From Rhodoluna sp. (GTDB lineage: Bacteria > Actinomycetota > Actinomycetes > Actinomycetales > Microbacteriaceae), in contig JBBAMM010000003.1 of the NCBI GenBank assembly GCA_040402475.1, positions 4,652 to 68,651 of the forward strand: a stretch of DNA of 64,000 nt. The letters are read 5' to 3'. Position 1 is the first letter of the stretch. Each line of letters begins with the position of its first letter. A model generated the notes under the pieces. The model saw only the letters and a program-made list of their open reading frames with translations, was not told the origin of the DNA and made no database searches. The translations under genes and the position numbers were made by a program. Of this stretch, positions 32,860 to 43,940 are shown piece after piece.

Positions 32860-34608
32860 ATGGATCAGGATGAGATAGATAGACGTCAAAGACGTTTTAA
32901 CTCTGTCGTCTTGATCGTCCTGGTTTTATTCTTTGGACGATTGGTTTGGTTCCAAGTCATCGCAGCACCAGAGATAAATGCTGAATCTCTGAAGGCACGT
33001 CTTGTTGAGCGCAACATCGAAGCCGTTCGTGGAAACATTGTTGATACAGAAGGCCATATTCTGGCCACCACATCATTTAGCTGGGATGTGAACATTGACC
33101 CGGTTAACGTAGGTCCTGTTGTGCTAACTATCAACGAGCAAAAAGTTTCTTTCACTAAAGAACAAATAGCTGAAAAGATTGCGGGAATTCTTCGCATCCC
33201 AACCGAGAGCATTCTTAGCAAAATGACTGGAGTTGGTCGCTACGCGAACCTAAAGAAGTCGGTAAGCGCTTCTGCATACACGACACTTAAAAACTTAGAC
33301 ATTCCTTGGCTTTACTTTGATAGGAAACAATCCAGACACTACGCAGATGGAGCTGTTGCTGGAAACCTAATTGGTTTTGTTGGTTCTGATGGATCTGCTC
33401 TAGCTGGTATCGAACGTATGATGAACTCTTGCTTGGCTGGAACAGATGGGCGAGAGATCTACGAACAAGGTGCTGACCTTATTAAAATCCCGTCTTCTGT
33501 AAGAACCATCACACCGGTAAGAGATGGCTCAGATGTGGTACTCACCATCAACTCGGACTTGCAGTACGCAGCTCAACAAGAGATGGCGGCAACCGTTAGA
33601 CGGTTGAAAGCTGACTGGGCTAGCGCAATTGTTATTGAAGCTAGAACCGGAAGAATACTTGCTGCAGCTGAGGCTCCTTCTGTTGACCCAAATCGTCCTG
33701 GAGCTGTTGCTGAGCAGAATAGACATTCCAGAATTTTTCAGTCAGCGTTCGAACCTGGTTCTATTCTCAAAGCCGTTGCAGCCGCAACAGCTATTGACAA
33801 TGGCAAGGCAACTCCTTTAACTCAAGTTGTCGCTCCAGATAAATTGAGAATGCCTTGGGGCCAATACATTAATGACTCAGAAATCCACGCACCAGAGAAA
33901 CTAACTCTTACTGGTGTTCTCGCGGTGTCATCAAACACTGGTCTGGTTCAGATTGGCGGCAAGGTCGATAGCGCTACTCGATATGAATACATGAAGAAAT
34001 TCGGCATGGGTTCACGAAGCGGAGTGAACTTTGAAGGTGAATCTTCAGGACAGCTTTCCGATTACAAAACCTGGGACAAGATGACTGACAAAGTTGTTAT
34101 GTTCGGCCAAGGTGTTTCTCTCACCCCTATTCAAACTGCAGGTATCTATCAAGCAATTGCTAACAAAGGTGTTCGCCTGTCACCAATCTTGGTTGAAGGT
34201 TGCCGCGATAAAGACGGAAACATGACTAAGACAGCTGTTGATGCACCGGTCCGAGTTATTAGCGAAGCAAGTGCCTCGCTAACAATGGACATGTTGGAAA
34301 AAGTTGTTGAGAAAGGTCCTATCGGTAGAACAGCACGAATCCAGGGATATCGAGTTGGTGGTAAGACCGGAACAGCTCAGATTGCCGAAGGCAAAGGTTA
34401 TGGAAGGCTGCACGCTGTTTCATTCGTCGGTATCGCTCCAGCTGAAGATCCGCAATACATCGTTGCCGTAACTGCGTACAAGTCCAGAACTGTTAGCAAC
34501 TCACTTGGTGCTACTCCTGGTTTCGTATCTGTCATGAAACAGGTGCTCAAGACTTACGCTGTGCACCCTTCAACAACCAAATCTAAGAAGTTAGCGACAA
34601 ACTGGTAA
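32860..34608 (+). CDS. ftsI: Class B penicillin-binding protein FtsI
   Basis: RGNIVD, EPGSILK (SxxK), SSN, KTGTAQ. Confidence 0.93.
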   Translation: MDQDEIDRRQRRFNSVVLIVLVLFFGRLVWFQVIAAPEINAESLKARLVERNIEAVRGNIVDTEGHILATTSFSWDVNIDPVNVGPVVLTINEQKVSFTKEQIAEKIAGILRIPTESILSKMTGVGRYANLKKSVSASAYTTLKNLDIPWLYFDRKQSRHYADGAVAGNLIGFVGSDGSALAGIERMMNSCLAGTDGREIYEQGADLIKIPSSVRTITPVRDGSDVVLTINSDLQYAAQQEMAATVRRLKADWASAIVIEARTGRILAAAEAPSVDPNRPGAVAEQNRHSRIFQSAFEPGSILKAVAAATAIDNGKATPLTQVVAPDKLRMPWGQYINDSEIHAPEKLTLTGVLAVSSNTGLVQIGGKVDSATRYEYMKKFGMGSRSGVNFEGESSGQLSDYKTWDKMTDKVVMFGQGVSLTPIQTAGIYQAIANKGVRLSPILVEGCRDKDGNMTKTAVDAPVRVISEASASLTMDMLEKVVEKGPIGRTARIQGYRVGGKTGTAQIAEGKGYGRLHAVSFVGIAPAEDPQYIVAVTAYKSRTVSNSLGATPGFVSVMKQVLKTYAVHPSTTKSKKLATNW

Positions 34609-34610
34609 TC

Positions 34611-36152
34611 ATGGAAATCAAGCAGTCTATTCCTCCGATTCTGAGGCCAGAGCAGGTAACACCAGTAACACTGACTGATCTGGCTGAGCATTTCGGTTTG
34701 GAATATTCTGCCACTTCCAACATTTCTCTCACTGGCATAAGCATGAACACTGGAGATCTTCGACCTGGTGACCTATTTGTTGCGATGCCTGGAATCAAAA
34801 CTCATGGTGCTAACTTCATTTCCAAGGCTCAAGAGCTAGGTGCTGTTGCTGTTGTTACAGATAGGGCTGGATTGCAATTAGCTTCTAAGGCAACTGTTCC
34901 AGTATTAGTTCTTGAAGAACCACGTAAGCGCCTAGGGGAGCTCGCCGCTTTTGTTTATGGCAATACGCCAGGGAACATGCCTATTCTTTTTGGAACTACA
35001 GGCACCAATGGTAAAACATCCACCAGTTACCTTCTTGAGGGTTTACTGCGTCAGTTAGGTAGGGTAACAGGGCTAACCTCAACTGCAGAGCGTCACATCG
35101 CAGGTGAGGTAATTGTTAGCCGTCTGACCACTCCTGAATCACCTGAGATGCAAGCACTACTTGCACGCATGCGTGAAAAAGGCGTTACTGATGTTGCAAT
35201 CGAGGTCTCCGCTCAAGCTCTAACTCAACTGCGAGTCGACGGCATCCATTTTGATGTTGCTGGCTTTACTAATCTTTCGCACGATCATTTTGATGATTAC
35301 GCAGGATTCGATGAATATCTAAAAGCGAAAGCAAGGCTTTTCACTAAAGCAAAGTCAAGCAAAGCGGTGATTTGTTTAGATAGCTCATTCGGTAAAGATG
35401 TTGCAGCTTTGAGTGAAGTTCCGGTCGTGACAATTGCAAGCCATGCCGATATTGAAGCTGATTGGCATGTTGCAGTGACAAACGAACTACCAGGTAAAAC
35501 AGAGTTCGAACTTGTTGGACCCAATGGTGAACATTTAGTCAGCAGTGTCCCAATTCTCGGAGCACACATGGCTGCTAACGCTGGTTTAGCAATAGTTATG
35601 GCAGTTGCTGCTGGCTATGACTTTGAAGTTATTGCGAAGGCAATCGCTAACGGTATTGATGCTTATCTACCTGGCCGAACAGAACTAGTTTCACCAGCGG
35701 GTGCGCCGAATGTTTATGTTGACTTTGGTCACAGCCCTGATGCCTTCTTGAATACTTTGGCAGCAGTTAGAAAAGTTACCAAAGGTAAAGTCTTGATGCT
35801 CTTTGGAGCTGACGGTGATCGTGATGCTTCTAAGCGACCTGACATGGCTAAGGTTGCTGCTGCTGGTTGTGACATTTTGGTGATTACCGATCATCACCCT
35901 AGATTCGAAGATCCAGCATCAATCAGAAAGACTCTTGTCGAAGCTGCTAAGAATTTCCGTCCAGAACTTGAAATCCATGAAGTCTCACCTCCAGAAGCAG
36001 CCATTCGATTAGCTGTTTCACTTGTGAAACCTGGCGATGCGATTTTGTGGGCAGGGCCAGGTCATCAGGACTATAGAGATATCGAAGGAGTAAGAACTCC
36101 TTATTCTGCAAGAGCAGAAGCCAGAGCTGCTCTCAAAGAGGCGGGCTACTAA
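34611..36152 (+). CDS. murE: Mur ligase MurE, atypical specificity motif
   Basis: GTNGKTS, LTTPES, EVSAQ, FTNLSHDH, GDRD..KRP.M; TDHHPR in place of TDDNPR. Confidence 0.9.
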   Translation: MEIKQSIPPILRPEQVTPVTLTDLAEHFGLEYSATSNISLTGISMNTGDLRPGDLFVAMPGIKTHGANFISKAQELGAVAVVTDRAGLQLASKATVPVLVLEEPRKRLGELAAFVYGNTPGNMPILFGTTGTNGKTSTSYLLEGLLRQLGRVTGLTSTAERHIAGEVIVSRLTTPESPEMQALLARMREKGVTDVAIEVSAQALTQLRVDGIHFDVAGFTNLSHDHFDDYAGFDEYLKAKARLFTKAKSSKAVICLDSSFGKDVAALSEVPVVTIASHADIEADWHVAVTNELPGKTEFELVGPNGEHLVSSVPILGAHMAANAGLAIVMAVAAGYDFEVIAKAIANGIDAYLPGRTELVSPAGAPNVYVDFGHSPDAFLNTLAAVRKVTKGKVLMLFGADGDRDASKRPDMAKVAAAGCDILVITDHHPRFEDPASIRKTLVEAAKNFRPELEIHEVSPPEAAIRLAVSLVKPGDAILWAGPGHQDYRDIEGVRTPYSARAEARAALKEAGY

Positions 36153-37552
36153 TGATTAGTCTGAGTCTTAAAGAAATCGCAAGAGTAATTAATGCCGAAC
36201 TCATCGGTGTTGGGGAAACTGAGGTCACTGGTTCAGTTGAAACGGATTCAAGATTAGTCAAAGCTGGTTCACTCTTTGTTGCTAAACCTGGGGAAGTAAC
36301 AGATGGGCACCTGTTCATCGGGGATGCAATTGCTAATGGGGCAGTGGCAGCAATAGTTGACCATAAAGTCGATGAAGAGATTAACCAGTTAGTGGTAGCC
36401 GATGTAGTTCATGCACTTGGCTTGTTGGCAGAGTTTGTTGTTGCAGAAGTTAAAGCCAAAGGTAACCTGCAAGTAATTGGTGTTACCGGATCTAACGGTA
36501 AGACAACAACTAAGAATATGTTGCGTGAAGTGCTCTCAATTGCAGGAGACACAATCGCTCCTGAAGAATCTTTCAACAATGAAGTTGGCGCTCCGTACTC
36601 AATGTTGAAGATTACTGAAGATACAAAGTATTTGGTGGTCGAGCTTGGTGCTGACGGTTTGGGAAGTATTCGATACCTGGCCAAGATGTGTAAACCGGAT
36701 ATTGGCATTGAACTTAAAGTTGGCTTGGCTCACGCTGGCGAATTCGGCGGTATTGAAGTTACCGAGAAGATCAAAGCTGAACTAGTCGAAGAATTAGACA
36801 GCACTGGAATAGCGCTACTCAACATTGATGATTCCAGAGTTGCGAGCATGGCTTCAAGAACGAAAGCCAAAGTTCTTACCTTTGGAACTAACGAACAAGC
36901 TCAATACAGAGCCAAAAACATCACGCTCTCACTTGAGGGAACCAGTTTTGATTTCAGTAGACCAGATGGATCTTCGGATTCAGTGAGACTAAAAATCCTT
37001 GGTGAACATCATGTCTATAACGCACTGGCTGCACTCAGTGTTGGTGACCTTCTTGGTATCGATCAAAAGGCAAGCATCTCAGCTCTAGAGATTATGAATT
37101 TGGCGGAACGCTGGCGCATGGAAAAGCATGTTCGTAAAGATGGGCTAGTAGTTATTAATGATGCCTATAACGCAAGTCCAGAATCCATGCGAGCTGCTTT
37201 GCAGACCTTGGCTCAATTAGGCCGACTAAGCGGTAAAAAGACCGTTGCAGTGATGGGTGAGATGGCAGAGCTAGGGCAGTTCAGCGCTGTTGAGCACGAC
37301 GCTATCGGCCGTATCGCAGTTCGCCTGAACCTAAGTCAGGTTGTCGTTGTGGGGCTTGGAGCGAAACTTATTCATATGGGGGCTTCTCAAGAAGGCTCAT
37401 GGGATGGCGAATCAAAGTATTTTGATGAAATCTCCGAGGCTCTGGGCTTCTTGCGTGGAATGCTTACAGGAGAGGAAATCGTTCTAGTGAAATCCTCGAA
37501 GTCAGCAAATTTACGTTACCTAGGCGATGACCTGTTGGAGGAGACCAAATGA
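36152..37552 (+). CDS. murF: UDP-MurNAc-tripeptide-D-Ala-D-Ala ligase
   Basis: TDSR, TGSNGKTTTK, SFNNEVG, NDAYNASP, GEMAELG. Confidence 0.96.
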   Translation: MISLSLKEIARVINAELIGVGETEVTGSVETDSRLVKAGSLFVAKPGEVTDGHLFIGDAIANGAVAAIVDHKVDEEINQLVVADVVHALGLLAEFVVAEVKAKGNLQVIGVTGSNGKTTTKNMLREVLSIAGDTIAPEESFNNEVGAPYSMLKITEDTKYLVVELGADGLGSIRYLAKMCKPDIGIELKVGLAHAGEFGGIEVTEKIKAELVEELDSTGIALLNIDDSRVASMASRTKAKVLTFGTNEQAQYRAKNITLSLEGTSFDFSRPDGSSDSVRLKILGEHHVYNALAALSVGDLLGIDQKASISALEIMNLAERWRMEKHVRKDGLVVINDAYNASPESMRAALQTLAQLGRLSGKKTVAVMGEMAELGQFSAVEHDAIGRIAVRLNLSQVVVVGLGAKLIHMGASQEGSWDGESKYFDEISEALGFLRGMLTGEEIVLVKSSKSANLRYLGDDLLEETK

Positions 37553-38679
37553 GAGCTCTTCTGCTTGCCGGATTATTAGGTTTAGTTTTTGCTCTAGTGT
37601 TCACACCAACTCTGATTTGGTTCTTCAAGCGCTTGGGTTGGGGGCAACCAATTCGAGTTGATGGCCCTGAAACTCATTTAGTTAAACGCGGTAAGCCGAC
37701 CATGGGTGGTATCGCGATCATCATAAGTTCGGTCACTGCATATTTCTTAGCTAAGGCTTATAACGGCGAGATCCCTACTCAATCTGCACTGTTGGTGCTT
37801 TTCATGATGGTGGGTCTTGGCCTTGTTGGTTTCTTAGATGATTTTCTAAAGGTAAGAAGTCAAAAGAGTGCTGGTCTTTCTGGAATTTTGAAGATAGCCG
37901 GTCAAGTAGTGGTTGCAACAATCTTTGCTTGGGCTTCTTTGCAGAACAAAGATGCTTCTGGTTTGTCTCCAGCTTCCACCGAAGTTTCACTATTTAGAGA
38001 TACCGGTTTTGATCTGATGAAGCTCGCCCCACAGAGTTGGGGAGATGTTGGAATTTGGATTGGAGTTGCAGCCTTCCTGTTCTGGATTTACCTGTTGGTA
38101 GTTAGCACATCTAATGGAGTGAATATCACTGACGGCTTAGATGGACTTGCTACTGGTTCTTTGATTATGTCGATTGGAGCTTTTGCTGTTATTGGCTTCT
38201 GGAAATTCAACCAGGCTTGTGACATCAATAATCTTGCGCCTAATTGCTATGACACCAGAGACCCACTTGATTTGGCAGTAGTGGCAGCAGCCATTGTTGG
38301 AGCGCTAATTGGTTTCCTCTGGTTTAACACCAACCCTGCGCAAATCATCATGGGTGATTCAGGTTCACTTGGTATTGGTGGTGCTCTTGCAGCTCTTGCC
38401 ATCTTGTCAAGAACAGAAGTATTGCTAGTTCTTGTTGGTGGAATCTTTGCTATCGAAGCAGGATCAGTTATTTTGCAACGCGGTGTTTACAAGATCACTA
38501 AGTGGACAACCGGTAAACCAAGAAGAATCATCTTGATGAGCCCAGTTCACCACCACTTCGAACTCAAAGGTTGGAACGAAGTCACAGTTGTGGTTAGGTT
38601 CTGGATTATCTGCGGGCTTCTAGTTATGGCTGGAATTGGTTTGTTCTATGTCGAGTGGATTTATGGTTCGGTTGCATGA
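37549..38679 (+). CDS. mraY: Phospho-MurNAc-pentapeptide transferase
   Basis: PTMGG, GFLDD, N.TDGLDGL, MGDSGS, HHHFEL. Confidence 0.97.
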   Translation: MRALLLAGLLGLVFALVFTPTLIWFFKRLGWGQPIRVDGPETHLVKRGKPTMGGIAIIISSVTAYFLAKAYNGEIPTQSALLVLFMMVGLGLVGFLDDFLKVRSQKSAGLSGILKIAGQVVVATIFAWASLQNKDASGLSPASTEVSLFRDTGFDLMKLAPQSWGDVGIWIGVAAFLFWIYLLVVSTSNGVNITDGLDGLATGSLIMSIGAFAVIGFWKFNQACDINNLAPNCYDTRDPLDLAVVAAAIVGALIGFLWFNTNPAQIIMGDSGSLGIGGALAALAILSRTEVLLVLVGGIFAIEAGSVILQRGVYKITKWTTGKPRRIILMSPVHHHFELKGWNEVTVVVRFWIICGLLVMAGIGLFYVEWIYGSVA

Positions 38680-40130
38680 ACAACTTGGAACATTTAGATA
38701 GTTGGCATTCTGACTGGAGCCAGCTAAAAGCAGTAGTTTATGGACTTGGTGTTACCGGTTTCTCAGTTGCAGATACGTTAGCTGAATTAGGTGCAACAGT
38801 TTTTGTCATCGCCGATAAGGCTGATGAGAAGAGCTTGGATGTTCTTGATGTTCTAGGGGTTAGCCATTTAGTTGGTTCAAACAAATCAGATTCCATTTCT
38901 GCTTTTGAATCTTTTGGAGCAGATTTAGTCATCACATCTCCTGGCATAAAGCCAGAAGATGAACTACTTGTTACAGCACAACAAACTGAAATTCCAATTT
39001 GGACCGATATAGATCTTGCCTGGCGAGTTAGAGATAAGTCAGGAATGCCATCTCAGTGGCTTTGCATTACCGGTACCAACGGTAAGACCACAGTTACCCA
39101 GTTAGTCGAGCAGATGATGCTATCAGGTGGTATTAGGGCTGCTGCCTGCGGAAACATAGGTGTTCCAATTCTTGATGTTGTTCGCGACCCAGCAAACTTT
39201 GAAGTTTTGGTTGTTGAGCTAAGCAGTTTTCAACTGCACTACATCAATGAAATCAGCCCACTAGTCAGCGCTGTCCTAAACATTGCAGATGATCATCTTG
39301 ACTGGCATGGGTCTTTCGAAGCGTATGCAAACACCAAAGGAAAGATATACAACAACACCAGTGTTTGCTGCGTGTATAACGTTGCAGATACTTTGACCTA
39401 TCAACTGATGGAGAACTCTTCTAATAGTTCAACTGCGCAAGCAGTTGGATTCACAGTAAATACACCTGCACCTAATGAAATTGGTTGGGTTGAAGATTTG
39501 TTGGTAGATCGAGCTTTTATTGATGACCCTTCGGTTGCAGAAGAGTTAGCAACACTAGAAGATTTGAAACACATTGCGCTGGTCAGCCCACACCTCATCT
39601 CTAACATCGCAGCTGCTGCTGCTATCGCAAGAGCAGCCGGTGTTCAGCCTCAAGAGATTGCTAGTGCACTAAGGGAATTTCGTCTTGATGCTCACCGGAT
39701 TGAACTCGTGCTTGAGAAAGACAACATCACCTGGGTAGATGACTCAAAGGCAACTAACCCTCATGCAGCAGCTGCGGCTCTAGCCACTTTTGATTCAGTT
39801 ATCTGGGTAGTTGGTGGCTTACTAAAAGGTGTTGATGTTTCACCGCTGGTTGAACGGTATGCAAAGAAAATCAAGGCAGCCATTGTTATCGGGTTGGATA
39901 GAGAACCAGTTCTTGCAGCTCTTGCTTTGCATGCACCAGAAACAAAAGTTTTTGAAGTGATTGTCTCAGCTGATCAAGTTATGACCGAAGTTGTGAAAAT
40001 TGCTAGCTCGATGGCAGTTGCGGGGGATACCGTGCTGCTGGCACCTGCTGCAGCTTCGATGGATCAATTCAAAGATTATGCAGATAGAGGCAATGCGTTT
40101 GCCCAGGCAATAAAGAAAGAAATGGTTTAG
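38676..40130 (+). CDS. murD: UDP-MurNAc-L-Ala-D-Glu ligase
   Basis: TGTNGKTT, ELSSFQL, DHLDWH, DDSKATN, PAAASMDQF..Y..RG. Confidence 0.96.
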   Translation: MNNLEHLDSWHSDWSQLKAVVYGLGVTGFSVADTLAELGATVFVIADKADEKSLDVLDVLGVSHLVGSNKSDSISAFESFGADLVITSPGIKPEDELLVTAQQTEIPIWTDIDLAWRVRDKSGMPSQWLCITGTNGKTTVTQLVEQMMLSGGIRAAACGNIGVPILDVVRDPANFEVLVVELSSFQLHYINEISPLVSAVLNIADDHLDWHGSFEAYANTKGKIYNNTSVCCVYNVADTLTYQLMENSSNSSTAQAVGFTVNTPAPNEIGWVEDLLVDRAFIDDPSVAEELATLEDLKHIALVSPHLISNIAAAAAIARAAGVQPQEIASALREFRLDAHRIELVLEKDNITWVDDSKATNPHAAAAALATFDSVIWVVGGLLKGVDVSPLVERYAKKIKAAIVIGLDREPVLAALALHAPETKVFEVIVSADQVMTEVVKIASSMAVAGDTVLLAPAAASMDQFKDYADRGNAFAQAIKKEMV

Positions 40131-40132
40131 CT

Positions 40133-41431
40133 ATGGCTAGAGATAAAAAGCAACAAAGGCCGCAGGCTAAACAAAAACGTCAAGCACCTGCAGGTCGTTT
40201 TGCCTCATTTATGAAGACACCTGTTCAATCAACTACCCAGTGGTTCGATGAGTATTTCTTGCATCAGTCAAAGCTTTTTTATTCGTTGGTGATGTTGATC
40301 ATCTTGATGGTTGGCTTTGGCCTAATCATGGTCCTGTCTTCATCCAACGTGAACTCAATCAAAGCAGACGGTGACCCTTTTGGTTATTTCAGAGGACAGT
40401 TGCTTTATGCGCTCATTGGTCTTGGAGCAATGTTGTTTATCTCGATGCGTGACATGCAATGGGTTCAACGATTTTCCAACTTATTGCTTTTCGGTGGAAT
40501 CATTGGGCAACTACTTGTGCTCGTGCCAGGTATCGGTGTTTCAGTTGGAGGTAACACCAACTGGATCAGAATATTCTTTATCCAAGTTCAGCCATCTGAG
40601 TTTCTAAAGCTCGGTTTGATTCTTTTCATTGCTAGTTTCCTCAGTCAGAGAGATGTTGATCTCTGGGACTTTAACCGAGGTGGTAAACAAGCTCTGGTTG
40701 CAGGATTCGGATCTGCTTTATTGGTTTTCGTTACTGGACGAGACATGGGAACGGCAATCGTTATCGTGCTGATCGTGATCATGATGATGTATCTAGCTGG
40801 TTTACCTAAAGAGCATTTGAGGAAGTTCTATGGTTTAGCTGCCATTGGTTTTGCAGCAGGAGCGGTGCTGTCACCGTCTCGTGTGCTTCGTATCGTGAAT
40901 TTCTTTGTGAGTCTGTTTGGCCTCAGCTCTGAGGTTGATGATGGTGCTAACTGGCAGGTAAAGCACGGCACCTGGGCTCTAGCTTCTGGTGGAATCTTTG
41001 GGACCGGTCTTGGTCAATCCAAATTGAACTGGGGTTGGATTCCTGAAGTTGAGAACGACTTTATCTTTGCCATCATCGGAGAAGAGTGGGGAATGATAGG
41101 AGCTCTTGTTGTGCTTGGTTGTTTCTTCTTGCTCTCTAAGCACATCAGAAACATTGCTAGCGGTGCCAGATCTCAATTTGCATCACTAGCAGCCACGGGA
41201 ATCATGCTTTGGATTTTGTTACAAGCACTTATCAACATCGCCGTTGTTTTGCATTTGATGCCTGTACTTGGTGTTCCGCTCCCTTTGATTTCTAAAGGTG
41301 GTTCATCTCTAATTGCAGTTTTGATGGCATTAGGTGTTGTCCTTGCCATTGAAAGAGAACCAAACCCTAAGCAGAGGACTGCGGCAATCGAAAGAGATCC
41401 AAAGTCGAAGGAGAGGACCGCTAGGAGATGA
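40133..41431 (+). CDS. ftsW: SEDS peptidoglycan polymerase FtsW
   Basis: QPSEFLK, GG.FG.GLG.S, NDFIFAIIGEE.G, GVPLPLIS.GGSS. Confidence 0.95.
   Translation: MARDKKQQRPQAKQKRQAPAGRFASFMKTPVQSTTQWFDEYFLHQSKLFYSLVMLIILMVGFGLIMVLSSSNVNSIKADGDPFGYFRGQLLYALIGLGAMLFISMRDMQWVQRFSNLLLFGGIIGQLLVLVPGIGVSVGGNTNWIRIFFIQVQPSEFLKLGLILFIASFLSQRDVDLWDFNRGGKQALVAGFGSALLVFVTGRDMGTAIVIVLIVIMMMYLAGLPKEHLRKFYGLAAIGFAAGAVLSPSRVLRIVNFFVSLFGLSSEVDDGANWQVKHGTWALASGGIFGTGLGQSKLNWGWIPEVENDFIFAIIGEEWGMIGALVVLGCFFLLSKHIRNIASGARSQFASLAATGIMLWILLQALINIAVVLHLMPVLGVPLPLISKGGSSLIAVLMALGVVLAIEREPNPKQRTAAIERDPKSKERTARR
41345..41422 (+). repeat. Imperfect 39-bp tandem duplication at ftsW 3' end
   Basis: Encodes AIEREPNPKQRTA then AIERDPKSKERTA. 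Confidence 0.8.
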
Positions 41432-42495
41432 CGAACTATCTTCTAGCCGGTGGAGGAACTGCAGGGCATGTAAACCCGTTACTAGCTCTGGCAGATCAAA
41501 TCATGTTACAACCGGGTAAGCACAGCGTTGTAGCTCTTGGAACCGTTGAAGGTTTGGAATCAAGGCTGGTACCTGAGCGAGGTTATGAACTTCTTATTGT
41601 TGCTCGACTTCCGATGCCTAGAAAACTAAATGCTTATGCATTTAAGTTCCCAGCCGCTTTCAGAAAAGCTGTTGAAGAGGTTAAAACTTATATTCGAGAT
41701 CACAAGATTGATGTCGTCGTTGGTTTTGGTGGATATGCAAGCGCACCTGCCTATAGAGCAGCTCTAGCCATGGGGATCCCTTATGTAATTCATGAGGCAA
41801 ATGCATTACCTGGCTATGCCAATCGACTTGGAGCAAAACGTGCTTCAGCGGTAGCGATTACTTTTCCTAACACCAAGTTGGCTAACGGAGTTCTAACTGG
41901 AATGCCACTTCGTAAAGAAATAGTAGAAATCATCGGTAGTGATACCAAGAAGGCAGCGACTAAGTTTTTCAACTTAGATACCAAACTAACTACGCTGCTC
42001 GTTACAGGTGGATCTCTTGGTGCTAGAAAGATAAATGAGACCATCGAGGCTGCTAGGCCGGTCTTAGACGCTGCTGGTATTCAAGTGATTCACATTGTTG
42101 GTGACAAGGCTGGTTTAGAGCCAATCCATACTGGCAGTTACGTGCGACTAAGTTATTGCGATCGCATGGATCTGGCTATCGCAGCAGCTGATTTCGCGGT
42201 GGCTAGATCAGGGGCCGCCACAGTCTCAGAGTTTACTGCTGTTGGTTTACCTGCTGTATTTGTTCCTTACCCTGTTGGTAATGGCGAACAGCGACTAAAC
42301 GCTGAACAGGTAGTCGCTGCCGGTGGAGCTGTATTGGTCGTTGATGCCAATTTCACCCCTGAGTATGTTCGATCTGAACTAATCCCTATGGTCAGTAACA
42401 GCAAGTTGCGCACAGCTATGAAGGAAAAGGCCCAGGCAACTGGTTTCGGTGATGGTGCGCAAAGGCTTCTCAAGTTAGTTAATGGCGTGTTGTAA
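41428..42495 (+). CDS. murG: MurG GlcNAc transferase
   Basis: GGGTAGHVNP, GFGGY, HEAN, GGSLGA, RSGA.T, EQ..NA. Confidence 0.97.
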   Translation: MTNYLLAGGGTAGHVNPLLALADQIMLQPGKHSVVALGTVEGLESRLVPERGYELLIVARLPMPRKLNAYAFKFPAAFRKAVEEVKTYIRDHKIDVVVGFGGYASAPAYRAALAMGIPYVIHEANALPGYANRLGAKRASAVAITFPNTKLANGVLTGMPLRKEIVEIIGSDTKKAATKFFNLDTKLTTLLVTGGSLGARKINETIEAARPVLDAAGIQVIHIVGDKAGLEPIHTGSYVRLSYCDRMDLAIAAADFAVARSGAATVSEFTAVGLPAVFVPYPVGNGEQRLNAEQVVAAGGAVLVVDANFTPEYVRSELIPMVSNSKLRTAMKEKAQATGFGDGAQRLLKLVNGVL

Positions 42496-42547
42496 GGGTT
42501 CACCTTACTGACCCGAACTTAGTCTTAAAAGAAATCTTTAGGAATTT

Positions 42548-43939
42548 ATGACCATCAAACCTGATTACAGCCAAGCGGTACCAGCAGATCTTGGCAAGGT
42601 GCACTTCATTGGCATCGGTGGATCTGGCATGAGCGGAATTGCTCGAATGCTTATCAAAGCTGGTCATAAAGTAACCGGTAGCGATGTTCGTGAATCGGGC
42701 AACATTTTGGAACTTAGGAAACTAGGTGCTGAAATACACATCGGTCACGATGCTAAAAACTTGGGAGACTGTGACACCGTTGTTGTCACTTCAGCGCTAT
42801 GGCCTACCAACCCTGAATACGTCTTGGCTCAGGAGAAGAAGTTACCGATTTTACACAGGTCTCAGGCTCTAAAGTATTTGACCGATAAGAAGACTTTGAT
42901 TTCTGTTGCAGGAGCTCACGGCAAGACAACTAGTACCGGAATGATTATCACTGGTCTAAAGGCTTTAGGTGAAGATCCTAGTTTTGTAAATGGTGGAGTC
43001 ATAGCAGCCTATGGAACATCATCGGCAAGTGGTTCTTCTGAACTATTCGTTATTGAAGCGGATGAATCAGATGGTTCTTTCCTGCACTATCAAACAGCTG
43101 TTGCGTTGATTACCAATGTTGATCCAGATCATCTAGATCACTACGGCACTCTTGAGAACTTTGAAGCCGAGTTTGCTCGGTTTGCCAATGGTGCAAGTGA
43201 GTTTGTTGTCATAAGTTCAGACGACCCAGGAGCAGTTCGAGTAACTAAACTTCTTAGCGATAAGAAGGTAATTACATTTGGACAAAGTTCAGAAGCTGAT
43301 GTTTCTATAGTTCATGTCGATGCAACTGCAGCACAGGTTTCTTTCACAATTAGTTATCTTGGCGAGCAGTATTCAGCCCAGCTAAAAGTGCCAGGCCTTC
43401 ACAATGCAATTAACGCTGCTGGTGCGTTTGGAGTGCTAGTCGGATTGGGTTTTGATGCCAAATCATCTTTGGCTGCTATTGCAACTTTTGGTGGAACTGA
43501 AAGAAGATTTGAATTACACGGCGAACACAGGGGAGTGAAGGTCTATGACGACTTTGCTCATCACCCAACTGAAGTTATTGCTGCGCTTAGTGCAGCTAGA
43601 GCGGTTGTTGGTTCTGGAAGATTAATTACTGTCTTCCAACCTCACCTTTATAGCCGCACTAGGTTATTCGCTAAAGAGTTTGCTGAAGCACTTGCCCTAA
43701 GTGATCAAGTAGTGGTGCTTGATATCTATGCCGCACGAGAAGATCCTGAGCCTGGTGTTACAGGTGCTCTAATTGCAGAAGCTTTTATTGATCAAGCAAG
43801 AATGCACTATGTGCCTAACTGGGATGATGTTCCGAAAGCTGTTTCAGCGATTGCTCAACCAGGTGATTTCGTTATCACTATGGGTTGTGGCGATGTATAT
43901 CGTCAGGTGCCTGGAATCTTGAAAGCTTTAGAGAGCTAA
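42548..43939 (+). CDS. murC: UDP-MurNAc-amino acid ligase MurC
   Basis: [43 protein letters not shown]. Confidence 0.96.
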   Translation: MTIKPDYSQAVPADLGKVHFIGIGGSGMSGIARMLIKAGHKVTGSDVRESGNILELRKLGAEIHIGHDAKNLGDCDTVVVTSALWPTNPEYVLAQEKKLPILHRSQALKYLTDKKTLISVAGAHGKTTSTGMIITGLKALGEDPSFVNGGVIAAYGTSSASGSSELFVIEADESDGSFLHYQTAVALITNVDPDHLDHYGTLENFEAEFARFANGASEFVVISSDDPGAVRVTKLLSDKKVITFGQSSEADVSIVHVDATAAQVSFTISYLGEQYSAQLKVPGLHNAINAAGAFGVLVGLGFDAKSSLAAIATFGGTERRFELHGEHRGVKVYDDFAHHPTEVIAALSAARAVVGSGRLITVFQPHLYSRTRLFAKEFAEALALSDQVVVLDIYAAREDPEPGVTGALIAEAFIDQARMHYVPNWDDVPKAVSAIAQPGDFVITMGCGDVYRQVPGILKALES

Positions 43940-43940
43940 A

